From: Octopus bimaculoides
Lineage: Eukaryota
Direction of reading: 5' to 3'
Length of the DNA: 64,000 nucleotides
Assembly (NCBI RefSeq): GCF_001194135.2
Contig: NC_068988.1
Coordinates: forward strand, 14,700,226 to 14,764,225
The translations under genes and the position numbers were made by a program. Positions 1 to 13,371 of this stretch are shown one piece after another (within the stretch, counting starts at the first letter, position 1; each line of letters begins with the position of its first letter). The notes beneath the pieces are model-generated. The model was not told where the DNA came from. It saw only the letters and a list, made by a program, of their open reading frames with translations, and ran no database searches.

Positions 1-909
1 CCGTCTAGACTACGCAACCCTCAACTGTTAGTAGCTACGATACCATATTTCTACATTAATAACTCTCCAATCCATGCCAGCATGGAACATAGACATTAAG
101 TGGAATGCCAGTCTCTCATCTAGGAGGGCCTTGAAATCAATGTTACCAACTGGGGACTATGTGTGTCGCAGTGATAATAAAAAGACCCAAAGGAGGTCTG
201 CAACGAAATAATTTTACTCAACACTTTGCAAGTGAATCAGTGGAGGCAAAGATGCGTCTTATTTACTTGACAATTTATGCACCNNNNNNNNNNNNNNNNN
301 NNNNNNNNNNNNNNNNNNNNNNNNNNNNNNNNNNNNNNNNNNNNNNNNNNNNNNNNNNNNNNNNNNNNNNNNNNNNNNNNNNNNNNNNNNNNNNNNNNNN
401 NNNNNNNNNNNNNNNNNNNNNNNNNNNNNNNNNNNNNNNNNNNNNNNNNNNNNNNNNNNNNNNNNNNNNNNNNNNNNNNNNNNNNNNNNNNNNNNNNNNN
501 NNNNNNNNNNNNNNNNNNNNNNNNNNNNNNNNNNNNNNNNNNNNNNNNNNNNNNNNNNNNNNNNNNNNNNNNNNNNNNNNNNNNNNNNNNNNNNNNNNNN
601 NNNNNNNNNNNNNNNNNNNNNNNNNNNNNNNNNNNNNNNNNNNNNNNNNNNNNNNNNNNNNNNNNNNNNNNNNNNNNNNNNNNNNNNNNNNNNNNNNNNN
701 NNNNNNNNNNNNNNNNNNNNNNNNNNNNNNNNNNNNNNNNNNNNNNNNNNNNNNNNNNNNNNNNNNNNNNNNNNNNNGGAATAACGTGTACATATACATC
801 TATATGTATACATATACATCTCTCGCTCTCTCTCTCTTTCTCTCTCTCTCTGAAAGTATCTGTCATTACAGTATCAAAATGTGATTGTTTCAGTTAGTAG
901 AATAGTTTC

Positions 910-1168
910 ATTTTTAAAGTGAAAGTATTTGACATGAGTGTTTTTGTTTCACTTTTGACACGTAATACTTAAATAGTGGAGGAGATATTATGTTGCCGTG
1001 GGCTCGAACTCTGCAAGAAGTTAAAATTTTTTTTTGACTAAAACACAACTGGAACCCTAAGTAAGGCATGTGTAAAATTTGAATGAAATTGGTTGCGTAG
1101 TTCTCGAGTTTTAGGGATTCACACAGACAGACAGACAGACACACATTCTCATTTTTATATATATAGAT
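910..1168 (+). mobile_element. Possible non-autonomous Helitron-like element end
   Basis: GAATGAAATTGGTTGCGTAGTTCTCGAG..(ACAG)n..ATTTTTATATATATAGAT resembles the microsatellite-bearing 3' ends of Lep1/DINE-type elements. This rests on recall only. Confidence 0.35.
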
Positions 1169-2268
1169 AATCATTCTTAAAACAGTTTTATATTCATATT
1201 CTCTAATGCTATCATATCATTAGTGAAATTACAACAAGTATATTTTAATAGTTTCCCATACATGCTAAGAATAAAATATATATTTTTTGAATTAAGGAAA
1301 AAATAAACAAACAAGAAATGAAAAAAATTTGTTCAAAACAAATCTAAATTTAGGGAAAAAAAAAAAGACTATATTACTATGATAAAAACAGTTTCTAACT
1401 ACATAATACAGGCTTAAAAAGATATAATCAGACTGAGCAGTAGGAGATTACTGATAATATAATTAATAAATTGTAAGCTTAAAGTTTTCACAAGAGAGTA
1501 TTAAGTTTCAGTTTCGGTTCATTTCACTATCTTCTACTTCTTCCACTTCATACAAGTACAGCAGCTAAAGCAATATTATTCATTTGCTTATATATACATA
1601 CGTGTCTGTATGTGTGTATATATATATATATATGTATGTAGGAGTAAAGGGAAGCGTGTGTGCATGTATATATGTATACACAGACAGCCTTCAACCAGAA
1701 TTGGTTCAGGCCATGACTAATGTAACAGTTTAGCCACAGCCTTTAGGCTGAAATATATAAAAGCATGTGTGCGCATGTGTGTGTCTGTGGATATGCTGTG
1801 TATATAACTGTGTATGTGTTTTAAGACAGATATATTAAAACATTTCATGGGCAAACTAACATGTAATTTATTAACCTGCATAATATCTATGCCCCTGAAT
1901 AGGTTTCGGGCTTCATCTCTGGTCATAAAACATTATTCTATCACTTCTATATTTGTTCATGAATATTGTTTAGATGTCTACATGTGAAGTGTACATGCAT
2001 GTGTGTGTTTGTTTATAAGACATATACAAATATAAAGACCCGTGATCATAACTTTTTAAAATTAGAATAATATAAATAAATGATTATAACTAACTTGCTT
2101 TCCGGAACTTGCTTTCAGCCTAAAATTTAATAGAGAAAAAGAAAAGTTGTTATTGAAACTGGAAAGTATAAAATTTCTAAACAGGAAAAGAATATTTCAT
2201 TATCACATAATGTTTATTATCAATGTTTTCACAGATCTGATTAGTATACAGATGCTTCTCTCTCGCAG

Positions 2269-2316
<48 letters not shown>

Positions 2317-2341
2317 CCAAAGTGTACATACGCCGCTATAT

Positions 2342-2389
<48 letters not shown>

Positions 2390-4004
2390 ATATATATTAG
2401 GTCTTGGCATGGTATAAAGGTAAGGTATTTCCAGAGAAGCACTCAACTCGAGTTCTGGGTTATCAACACTGTCAGATTCCAAAAACTACAATTCTCATTA
2501 AATAAAGCTACCCAGGGTTTCCTGGTTGAAACATTAATTTATATCCACATTTTTTTTTTTTTTTAAACTAATAACAAGACTGCTTGTCAGTTTCTTTTTA
2601 AAGCAGATGACATTTAAACAAGGGACACGGATAAGGAAGAGGACAAAAAGAAAAACACAAGGGAAGTAAATCAGTGAAATAAATTAATGTTCCAATGAGA
2701 AAACCCTGGGTAACTGTACTGAACAAGAATTGTGGTTTTTATTATAACACTATCATCATTCTCTTCGCTGATCAAGTGCCATTCTACTATCTAACTGGAC
2801 ACGGATGGATGGATGAAACAAGAGATTTAGATCAGTTTTTTTTTTAATGATGACCACGCTGCCACCAAAACAGCAAAAGGAAAACTGAAGCAACCACAAC
2901 AAATATGCCTTGACAAAGGATACAGGATTTCTATACTGACATCTAAACCCTTAACTTAACCATAAGTTTCTAAGTAATTTTAGTCTAGACAAAAACATTT
3001 TTAATTAACAAGTTTAACTTTTACAAACTATTCATACCTTTCTTTGACGTACTTCTCAACAAAAATTAAACCAAAATATGCTATACTTCAGTTTAATTTA
3101 AAACAAGATGTCATGTTAAAACATTACTCAAAGCATATAACAGTCTTGAAATACTCCCAATCAGGTAAAAATTGAGTGAATTGGAGTAGGAAATGTATTT
3201 TGAAATACATGTCATTAAATTTAAACAAGTGTGCATTTGAGTGACAGGGTAACTAAACTATAGAACAAAACTGTAGTGAAGAAGAAAAAAGAAACAAAAT
3301 GAAATGTCACTAAGAATTGTGGAAGATTTCACTCAATCACAACAGAATTTAGCTGACTTGCAGTACATGGTGGTGACTTTCATCAACTCTATATTTATAT
3401 GTGTAGTGTTAAATTTACATTCCAGTTTAATTCTAAAACAATGTAGATAGCAGAAAGTATCCCTCTCTCCTCTCAAATACCCATTTATAGTATTTCTCCC
3501 ATCATTATACCCTTTCAAAATTTACATTTTGTGTGTACAAGCCTTCACCTCCACCTACTGTTCACAGTGGGAAGTAGTTGGGTAAATGACAAAGAGAGTA
3601 TAGGATTATGAGCTCCTTGAGGCCTGTCTCACTAAGGATTCTTCAACCTCTCACGTGTTGGTGCCACGAGAAAGCACACCCAGTACACCCTGTAAAGTGT
3701 TCGGTGTTAAAGAGATCATCCCATTGTAGAAACTAAGCCGAATGATATGTACAAGTACCTAATCATTAGGGGGTAGCAGCTCCCAATATGAGGGGATGCA
3801 GATCACAATGACCTATCTAACACAGGGCAGTTTGGAAAGCAGACATGATAATGAGAAGATTAAGTAGGTATATCATCATTTTACATCTGCTTTTCCATGC
3901 TGTTTTCTAATGAAGTCTTTCGCATTCAGATGTCCATCTTGCTGGCAATCCTTGGAGTTGCCTCTAATGATAACACTATATCATTATGCAATAATATATG
4001 CCAC

Positions 4005-4400
4005 AACAAAGGTGGCAAGCCGGGCGAAATGCTAGGTTCTGAGTTCAAATTCCGCCGAGGTCGACTTTGCCTTTCATCCTTTCGGGGTTGATTAAGTAAG
4101 TACCAGTTACGCACTGGGTTCGATACAATTGACTTAATCCGTTTGTCTGTCCTTGTTTGTCCCCTCTGTGTGTAGCCCCTTGTGGGCAGTAAAGAAATAA
4201 GAAACGTTAGCACACCGGGTGAAATGCTTAGCGGTATTTCGTCTGTCCTTACATTCTGAGTTCAAATTCCACTGAGGGCGACTTCGCCTTTCATCCTTTC
4301 GGGGTTGATCAATTAAGTACCAGTTGCATACTGGGTCGATCTAATCGACTGCCCCCCCCGCTCCAAAAATTTTGGGACTCATGCCTAGAGTAGAAAAGAA
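4005..4400 (+). mobile_element. Two tandem copies of a third SINE family (GTTCTGAGTTCAAATTCC core)
   Basis: The motif ...ttctgagttcaaattcc..gaggtcgactttgcctttcatcctttcgggg... is repeated. Other copies lie at about 5515-5700(-), 17960-18450, 32875-33055, 61380-62385 and 63170-63395(-). Confidence 0.8.
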
Positions 4401-4711
4401 TACATACAACCAATGATACATGATTCTTCAGAATAATTCACAAAGATTATTTGCTCAAATAACCTTTAATGCATGGTTCTGAAGAATCAATCTTTCATTT
4501 TGTGTCTAGGACACTTCATGTATTAATGGTTAACATATATTATTGCATAATGTAGCAATGTTCATGAGACCAATGTTTGATGAAACATCTGTAAATAAAT
4601 GAAATAAAAGGACTTGCTTACTCCATTCTCCTTGGTTATAATTCTATAAATAGCCAAGTACCATGTTGTGAGAGCAAGCGTACCAAGTATAGTTTAGTTG
4701 CTTTTTCATAT

Positions 4712-5092
4712 TGTTGGCATTCCGTCGCTTACGACGTCGAGGGTTCCAGTTGATCCAATCAACGGAACAGCCTGCTCGTGAAATTAACGTGCAAGTGGCT
4801 GAGCACTCCACAGACACGTGTACCCTTAACGTAGCTCTCGGGGATATTCAGCGTGACACAGTGTGACAAGGCTGACCCTTTGAATTACAGGCACAACAGA
4901 AACAGGAAGTAAGAGTGAGAGAAAGCTGTGGTGAAAGAGTACAGCAGGGTTCGCCACCATCCCCTGCCGGAGCCTCATGGAGCTTTAGGTGTTTTCGCTC
5001 AATAAACACTCACAACGCCCGGTCTGGGAATCGAAACCGCGATCCTATGACCGCGAGTCCGCTGCCCTAACCACTGGGCCATTGCGCCTCCA
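4712..5092 (-). mobile_element. Young full-length tRNA-derived SINE with 13-bp TSD
   Basis: The head has A box TGGCCCAGTGG and B box GGTTTCGATTCC. The TSD is TGCTTTTTCATAT (4699-4711 and 5093-5105) and CpGs are retained. Older copies lie at about 5945-6130, 19405-19740 and 38560-38800. Confidence 0.9.
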
Positions 5093-5322
5093 TGCTTTTT
5101 CATATATGCTGATACTAAGAATACATTTGGAATTTATGGATGCTTAAATAAGCAAAAATAAAATATAAAATGAAAACGCTTGTTGCATTCAAAAGTATTT
5201 TTTTTTATAAATATATCCACATACACATAGATAAACACAAGAAGAGAATAACAGTGGAGTGCAGGGAGGAAATCAACAAGTATGTTGCTGTTGAAGGTTA
5301 AGTATGCCAGGAGTTCACCAAC

Positions 5323-5403
5323 CTTTTCAGTATCCTTTTGTGATGCTCCTTCTTTCTTTAATCGTTCCAACTCAGACACTCGCGTATGATAAATTTCTTT
5401 GGC
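5323..5403 (-). CDS. FCHO2: FCHO-like coding exon 6 (AKEIYHTRVSELERLKKEGASQKDTEK)
   Basis: cctgttgcag|GCC AAA...GAA AAG|gttggt, 81 nt, phase 0 to 0. It matches FCHO KExY...ERLKKEGAxQ. Confidence 0.93.
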
Positions 5404-5486
5404 CTGCAACAGGAGAAAAAATCGGAAATTTCTAGATATTGGAAACATTTTATAGTGTTACATCACAAAAGGTCAACAAAAGATAC

Positions 5487-5518
<32 letters not shown>

Positions 5519-5699
5519 CCTTTCTACTATAGGCACAAGGCCTGAAATTTAGTGGGAAGGGGCAAGTCGATTACAATAACCCCAAAAGAATGAAAGGCAA
5601 AGTTGACATCAGCGGAATTTGAACTCAGAACATAGTAACGGGCAAAATACTGCTAAGCATTTTGTCCAGTGTGCTAACGATTCTGCTAGCTCACTGCCT

Positions 5700-5710
5700 T
5701 ATTATTATTA

Positions 5711-5751
<41 letters not shown>

Positions 5752-5777
5752 AATAATGATAATAATAATAATAATAA
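5700..5777. repeat. (ATT)n/(AAT)n microsatellite; representative of dozens of (TA)n, (CA)n, (GA)n and (GAT)n tracts, many bordering assembly gaps
   Basis: Seen directly. Confidence 0.95.
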
Positions 5778-7005
5778 ATGTACTCTTATGTAAAAACCCT
5801 TTGTTTTATTTCTTCATACATAAAGTAAAAGGGATATGCAGTTGATCAAGTAATGTGTACATGTGGGAGAACACATACATTTCAGTAATTATTAACATAC
5901 ATACATGTAAAAAACACACACACACGTGTGTGTATGTATGTGTGAGATAGCATGTGGCCTAGTGGTTAGGGTATTACACTTGTGATCATGAGATCATGGT
6001 TTCAATTCCTAAACTGGTGGTGCATTGTGTTCTTAAACAAAACGCTTCATTTCACATTGTTCCAGTCCAAACTGTTGAAAATTGGTAACCCAGCAGGAAT
6101 GTCAGCCTGCCCACCTAACAAGCAGTGTGATGTCGTTTGAAAACTACAACTCTGCAACAAAGTGCACTGTGACCAGTGATATATAACATTTGACAGTTTG
6201 GCCAGTGTTCTCCCACATGTACACATTACTTGATCAACCGCATATCCTTTTTCCTTAATGTATAAAGAAAAAAAACAAAGGCTTTTTACATAAGAGTACA
6301 TTTATTATAATCATTGAGTGACACTGGGGTAAAATATATGAAGCCCAGTATACCCATCATGACCACCCATCTGATATGGGTACACCAGACACATACATCA
6401 CAACCATATGTGCATGACATGGTGATCTCATATCAAGATAAACAGCACATGACCTTGCAGGTGAGGCCCAGTTAGAATTTTCTTCAGGTCGAGTAGTCCA
6501 GCCTGCTCAAATTATTATTATTATCATTATTATCATTAAGGTGGCAAGCAAGCAGAATTGTTAGAACACTGGACAAAACGTTTAGCAGTATTTCGCCCAT
6601 GTAGTGTATACTACATTCTGAGTAAACACGCACACACAGACACACACACACACACATTAACAACTGAGATTTGAATATATATATAAAACATTTCTATCTA
6701 ATGCTTGTAATGTTATATACCATATATTTTTTTATCAGTTTCAGTTCTTGCACTCAGGCAGTGCTGAGACAGCACTTACATGGGTTTTAGCCAATTATAT
6801 CAATTCCACTATTTAATCTCTTACTCATTTTACAATCACTGTTTATCTAATAGCCTGACTTTTTCCATGATATTTCTTAGCAGATACAACAATAGAGCTT
6901 GACAACTGTAGAGCCAGTCCAAATCATTATGGACAGACAAATGCAAGATGATATATATCATCATCATCATCAAATGTCCGTTCTCCATGCTGGCATGGGT
7001 TGGAC

Positions 7006-7077
<72 letters not shown>

Positions 7078-7541
7078 NNNNNNNNNNNNNNNNNNNNNNN
7101 NNNNNNNNNNNNNNNNNNNNNNNNNNNNNNNNNNNNNNNNNNNNNNNNNNNNNNNNNNNNNNNNNNNNNNNNNNNNNNNNNNNNNNNNNNNNNNNNNNNN
7201 NNNNNNNNNNNNNNNNNNNNNNNNNNNNNNNNNNNNNNNNNNNNNNNNNNNNNNNNNNNNNNNNNNNNNNNNNNNNNNNNNNNNNNNNNNNNNNNNNNNN
7301 NNNNNNNNNNNNNNNNNNNNNNNNNNNNNNNNNNNNNNNNNNNNNNNNNNNNNNNNNNNNNNNNNNNNNNNNNNNNNNNNNNNNNNNNNNNNNNNNNNNN
7401 NNNNNNNNNNNNNNNNNNNNNNNNNNNNNNNNNNNNNNNNNNNNNNNNNNNNNNNNNNNNNNNNNNNNNNNNNNNNNNNNNNNNNNNNNNNNNNNNNNNN
7501 NNNNNNNNNNNNNNNNNNNNNNNNNNNNNNNNNNNNNNNNN

Positions 7542-7582
<41 letters not shown>

Positions 7583-7822
7583 CATACACACACGCACATG
7601 CACAGAATTATATAGCTATTGGTTGTCATCGTCATCATTTAACGTCTGCCTTCCATGCTCTCATGGGCTGGACAAACATATATACACACATACACATGGG
7701 TGTATATAAGAAAGATAACTGACTGTCTTAACCAAATGTGTACATGTGTGTGTGCGTATTTATATATTTGATGCTCATTTATAACTATCACATGTTGTCA
7801 AGACAAGGATACATGCAAACAA

Positions 7823-7858
<36 letters not shown>

Positions 7859-8398
7859 ACATATCTACAATGAGCTTCTTTCAGTTTTCATCTACCAAAT
7901 TCACACACAAGGTATTGGTTGGCCCAAGAAGCAATAATGAGACTGGACCCAAGACTACATGGTTGGAAAGCAAGCTTCTTAACAACAAAGCCACAACTAT
8001 TGTGATATTACAATCATCATCATCATCATCGTTTAACGTCTGCTTTCCGTGCTAGCATGGGTTAGACGATTTGACTGAGGACTGGTGAACCAGATGGCTA
8101 CACCAGGCTCCAATCTGATTTGGCAGAGTTTCTACAGCTGGATGTCCTTCCTATACTACAATATATTGTAGTATACAGTTTGGATAAACACATTAAACTC
8201 TGATTATTTTTATTGAAAGCAGTAATGATGTGCAGTCAGCCTCAAAGCACAGACATTCTCTGGTAGTGTTTCGGATGCTTTTGGTACCATAATATAGGAA
8301 GGTACTAAAATAATTGCAATAACTTATCAAGAAACATCCCAATTTATTTTACATTTGTCATTATCTCATATGTATCCAAACACACACACGCACGCACG

Positions 8399-8464
<66 letters not shown>

Positions 8465-8503
8465 AAGGATGAAAAAGAAAGGAAAAAGAGAGAAATGATT
8501 TAC

Positions 8504-8575
8504 TTTATGAAGTGCTGTTGTGGTTTGCTGTATAGATTGTACAACCTCCAGTGTTGCTGATTCGGTTTCTTTCAT
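8504..8575 (-). CDS. FCHO2: FCHO-like coding exon 5 (MKETESATLEVVQSIQQTTTALHK)
   Basis: tgtttcag|ATG AAA...CAT AAA|gtaaat, 72 nt, phase 0 to 0. It resembles FCHO KExxxxTLExVQxIQ...AL. Confidence 0.92.
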
Positions 8576-9401
8576 CTGAAACATGAAATATTTAAGATAA
8601 TTAGCAATGTGCCCTTGAGAGAAAAAGCAAAATTATACCTGAATACATCTGTCAGTAGTACTGTGGTTTTGTTTGTTACAGTTAGCAGCCTGGCTTCTAT
8701 TAGTAAACACTTCATTACTAACTAATCAAGGCAACAAGATTACTTTGTTTTACTAAAGCCACCCTTTTTGGTCAGGCAGTCAACTCATGCCAAAATTTAT
8801 TGTAAATACTGAACAGAAACAACTAACACTTCTAATTCCTTCTGTTTTATTCTATCACCAATTACACCCGTTTTCTTTTCCTTTTCTGAAGAAGGAAGGC
8901 AAGAAAATAAACTCGTTATATCTTTTGCTAGACAATACCTACAAACTTCAGCCACACACACACACACTCTCTCTCTCTTTCCCTCTCTCAACAGACAGTT
9001 TTCACGCCAATAGTTTGTACATTTGATATGGTGCCAAATGTGACTGACTGACAAACCAGTCTTAAATAATGCCAGCATTATCACTGTTATAACATCTTAA
9101 AATAGTGATAACCAATTACTGGTTTGATCAGAACATTTTGTTGTTGTTAAATATTAAATATATAACAATAGCATCATCTTCCAAGGTCAATCAATGAATT
9201 TAAGAAAGAAGGACGATGCTGTTAAAGAAGACTAAACATTCAGTTATTGCTTTATTAAATACACAGAAGCTTCTATACCAGTAGTTCTAGGACTCACTTA
9301 GGAGCATTGTGAATTCACAAGGGGGTGGCAATTGACAAGGTGTTGTTGGGGTATTAGGGGTTTGGAGAGGTCATGATATTGCTTTGAAATAAAATATTTA
9401 A

Positions 9402-9841
9402 CCCTTTTGATACCAACCAGCCCAGAATCACCAACCCCTGGCTCTATGATATAACCCTTCAGCATTCATATTACACTGTCAAATGTAGCATTTAGTCACA
9501 TCATTTTGAATTAACCATGCATTAGCTTGTAGCTCTGACATCTTGATGATGTGATTTTTTTTTCTTAGAATGACATTGTAGGGTAGGTGTGACATGCCAG
9601 ATTTGGCTGGTTTGAACATAAAACAGTAGAATGTGGGCTGGAAATGGCCAGTTTAAATGCAAAAGGGTTAAAGAGCCTATTTTAAAATGATCAAAATTAA
9701 AACATGCCATCAAAATTTTATGTTAAATTATACTTCAAACCCCGGCTTAATAAGGGCAAAGTTATTTTACTAAATTCTTCGTTATTTAACTTAATTGAAA
9801 CAAAATGAGCATATTCCAACAGAAATAAGGTAGCAAAAGTG
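9402..9841. mobile_element. Second TTAA-type MITE containing a nested copy of the first (9455-9667)
   Basis: Outer ends TTAA|CCCTTTTG...CAAAAGTG|TTAA and inner ends CCCTTCAGCATTC...AATGCAAAAGGG|TTAA. Related outer-family pieces occur at about 25955-26080 and 46015-46160. Confidence 0.55.
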
Positions 9842-10843
9842 TTAAACCAGGTACAATACTTCTATTTTAAACGTATTTTCAGAATAATATTTTTCAAAAT
9901 TAAGATATGAATAGGCATTGTGTTATCAGAGAACAGAATCATGACTGATGAAGTGCCAAGGTCCAATATAATGATATAAAGTGTCTTGCTCAAGAACACA
10001 AGGCACCACCAGGAATCAAACACACGACCTTATGATTGCAAGCCAACTACCCTAACCACTAAGCCATGCACATTCAAGTTCTTGATTAAAATGAAATTTT
10101 ATCAGCATTCTTACTGGCCTTTTACCAAACCTTTCTTATTGGCCTTCTGCCAAAACCTTTCAAAGACAGTTTTATGATTTGCTTAACTTCTTACGAAATC
10201 CAAATTTATGAAAGAAAATATAAAAGATTAATAAGGATGCTTAATAATTTTCGTGTAAAGGTTCTCTGAGACATGGCATGTATTTCAAAAGTTCTCCAAG
10301 AGCGAAAAAGATTGATATAGACTACTATGTCATCATTACCATTTCAATGTGAGCTCTTTTTTTCTTTTTTTTTTGACTACAGTTAAACCAGTTGAATGTT
10401 CAGTTAAAAAATATTCATGTACTTTAAACTTGTGTGGACATAAACAGCATAAAGTGCATGAGAGAATACAACTGGACTCCAAAGGCATTTTTTTAGCCAT
10501 TCTGCTGCTGTTGACACATGCAACAGCTGGGGGTGAATAATTTCCCTATGGAAAATCAATGAAGTTAATGAAAGAAACGGACAGAGATGATGAGGTCAAA
10601 CTTAAGGGTTGTTGAGTTTGACAGACAAAATGCAGCAGGATCGTGCAAAATGATAATAAGCTGTACTGCAGATCAATACGACTCAGATTTATTACTTCTT
10701 ACTCTTCTGTTAATCTCAAAGGCTCTAAGAAATAGCATGAGCAATACATTTTTTCCTGACTGAGATGGAAAAAAAACCCCAACAAATACATAGTACATGG
10801 TTGTGTAATTAAGACATAAGTGCAAGCATGTCTGCGTGGTTAA

Positions 10844-11061
10844 CTCTTTAGCATTCAGATTACTGTCAACTGCAAAGCTTATTTATCACATTATTTCAAA
10901 TTAATCATGCATTATCTCATAGCTTCCTGATTTCAATGATGTGAATGTTTGCATTTAGAATGACATTGTAGGATAGGTAAGAGAGGCCTGATCTGGTCAG
11001 TTTGAACATAAAACACATTCAAATATTTGGGCCGGATATAGCCTGTTTGAATGCTAAAGGG
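10844..11061. mobile_element. piggyBac-like MITE with TTAA TSD
   Basis: TTAA|CTCTTTAGCATTC...GAATGCTAAAGGG|TTAA. Other copies lie at 9455-9667, 41902-42122 and, truncated, from 25362. Confidence 0.8.
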
Positions 11062-11123
11062 TTAAGAAGCTTGCTTTGCAGCCAATTGGTTTGGGGTCTG
11101 GTCCCACTGCATAGCATCTTGAC

Positions 11124-11645
11124 CAGTGGTTCTCAAACAATTCTAAGTGCTGGTCCCCTTACAGTTGTTTTTTTCAATGATTCACAGTCCCCTATAAAAT
11201 TCAGGATAATCAATATGGAAAAAAATGACAAACATTCGTGTTCCGTAATTTCCGGACTATGAACCGCATTGCCCATAGACATGCAGCCCTGAAAACCACA
11301 ACTTAATCCAGGCAATACCCCATTGGGATACAATAAATACACATGAAAATATGGGGAATCAGTCGATCAATTAGTTACAAAACAAATGAGTATCAAAAAA
11401 ATACCGACAGCACATGCATGATCACGCATTATGCCCGCATATTTTCTATCGGCCAAACACATTAGCAAATGAGTGCGTAGGAGTGGTGTGAGTTTTTGAG
11501 GCCAACAACAAAAAAGGATGATATCATGTGAAAAATTGAAAGTCTTGAAATTTTTAAACTGCCTCAAGCCACCCCATTTTCACGATACTTCAGTGTCCCT
11601 TCATGGTCCCCTAGGGGACTGCTGACCCCAGTTTGAGAACCAGTG
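11124..11645. mobile_element. hAT-superfamily MITE with 8-bp TSD
   Basis: TIRs CAGTGGTTCTCAAAC and GTTTGAGAACCAGTG (1 mismatch), flanked by ATCTTGAC at 11116-11123 and 11646-11653. Confidence 0.9.
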
Positions 11646-12167
11646 ATCTTGACTGTCTTCTTCTATAGCCCAAGGCTGACCAATGCCATGTGAGCGATTT
11701 TGGTAGATGAGAACTGTGTGAAAGCTTGTCGTGTGTGTGTGTGTCTCCAATCACCGTTTCATGACCAATGTTGGTTCATTTATGTCTCCATAATTAAACA
11801 GTTTGGCAAAAGAAACCACACAATAAATAATGCCAGACAAAAAAAATAAGTACTTGGGTTGATTTGTTGTCTAAACCTTACAAGGTGCAGCCCTAGCATG
11901 GTCGCAGTCCAATGACCAGAACAAGTAAAAGATAAATTATATTAATCTCTAATAAAAGTATAAAGTCAAGAGGGATATAACCAATTATATGAATTGATGT
12001 ATTTAACTGGCATTTTATTTTATTAACCCCAGAAAGATAAAAGGTAAAGTTAAGCTCAAATGACCTCTGAACTCGGAATGTAAAAGCTAATAAGACATTT
12101 TGTCCACTGCTCTAACGACTCTGCTAATCTACTGCCCCTAATTGTGCTAATTATTAGCAATACTTAC

Positions 12168-12309
12168 ATTCTTGTGCCGCCGATGCTGTTCTTCATTGTA
12201 ACGAGCAACATCTTTGATGAGCTCTGACCATGTATATACAAGTTGCATATGCAACGTGGCCAATTTTTCGACCAAAGATTTAAGTAAGTTCCAAAAAGGA
12301 GAAAATGTT
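12168..12309 (-). CDS. FCHO2: FCHO-like coding exon 4 (TFSPFWNLLKSLVEKLATLHMQLVYTWSELIKDVARYNEEQHRRHKN)
   Basis: ttttttcag|A ACA TTT...AAG AAT|gtaagta, 142 nt, phase 2 to 0. It aligns by eye with FCHO GTFxPxW...EKLAxxH...ELIKxVxxYxEEQ. Confidence 0.95.
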
Positions 12310-12668
12310 CTGAAAAAATAAAAAAATAAATAATAAATATATCAGAACAAATAAGACTTTTAGAAAAGTAATAGAAATAGATTTTATAAATTCTTAGAAT
12401 GTCATTTATTTTTAAGGAGCAATATGCATATAAATCATCACCATCACCAATATCATTCAACATCCCCTTTTTCATGCTAGCATGGGTTGGACAGTTTTAC
12501 AAGAACAGACGAGTCAAGGTGCTCTACCAGGTTCTAAGTTTGCTTTGGCATGGCTTCTATGGCTGGATGCCCTTCCTAATGCCAACCACTTAACAGAATG
12601 TACTGGGCGCTTTTATGTGGTACCAGCACTGGTGAGGTTGCCAAGTACCCACAAGATACATAGATGTG

Positions 12669-12727
<59 letters not shown>

Positions 12728-13371
12728 TTTTTTCAATAGCCAGTTTGCTTGTAATAGCCAGTTCTTTTGGCCAAATTTGAACACACAACAGTTTAACATA
12801 ATCATAACGATATATACAAATTACACAACTCACCTCATCATTCTTACTTCTCTTTCCCTCCCTTTCTAAATAACCACTATTGACACTAATCCCTTCCCTT
12901 TCTCCTTACATCATCCACCAATAGTGTCTACTTCATCATTCTCTTCAATACCACGCTATCATAACTGAAAACCTGTCCCTCTGTTGATAAGAGGTTAAAC
13001 AGATTCAACACCAACACAAAAGAATAATCTATACTTATGACACACCTTTTTGTTTATAATATTTTGCACCATTTAAAGATTACATCTGGCCAAGAGAGAC
13101 CTGCTTATATATGTTTCACACATATAAAGGTTTGACTTTTGCTTTCATCTAAGGTGTCTTCAATATATATTTGTTAACAATCTCAATATTCTTACAGACT
13201 GGATATTAATATGGCCAATCCTGTCTACAAAAGTGTGTGGGCGTGATCTTAGAAATATAAGTGTATAGTCTAATCATAGAAATATACACATATTTGCAGT
13301 ATGTATGTATGTATGTATACACATACACATACATATGTAGATTATGTTACATTTCTGAGAAAGACATTGCA

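Noticed and set aside
159-897. Long ORFs spanning N runs (also about 6.8-7.7, 16.5-16.9, 34.3-34.9, 43.5-44.4, 51.4-52.3, 59.4-60.4 and 62.5-62.8 kb)
   Set aside because: They are open only because N has no stop codons and the flanks are (TA)n, (CA)n or (GA)n.
3037-3079. FVEKYVKER followed by gtatga, tempting as FCHO exon 7
   Set aside because: There is an upstream in-frame stop, no acceptor gives a phase-0 start in this frame, and the match is too short.
4990-5092. tRNA-like sequence with A and B boxes
   Set aside because: It is the head of a SINE (followed by the SINE body and bounded by a TSD), not a tRNA gene.
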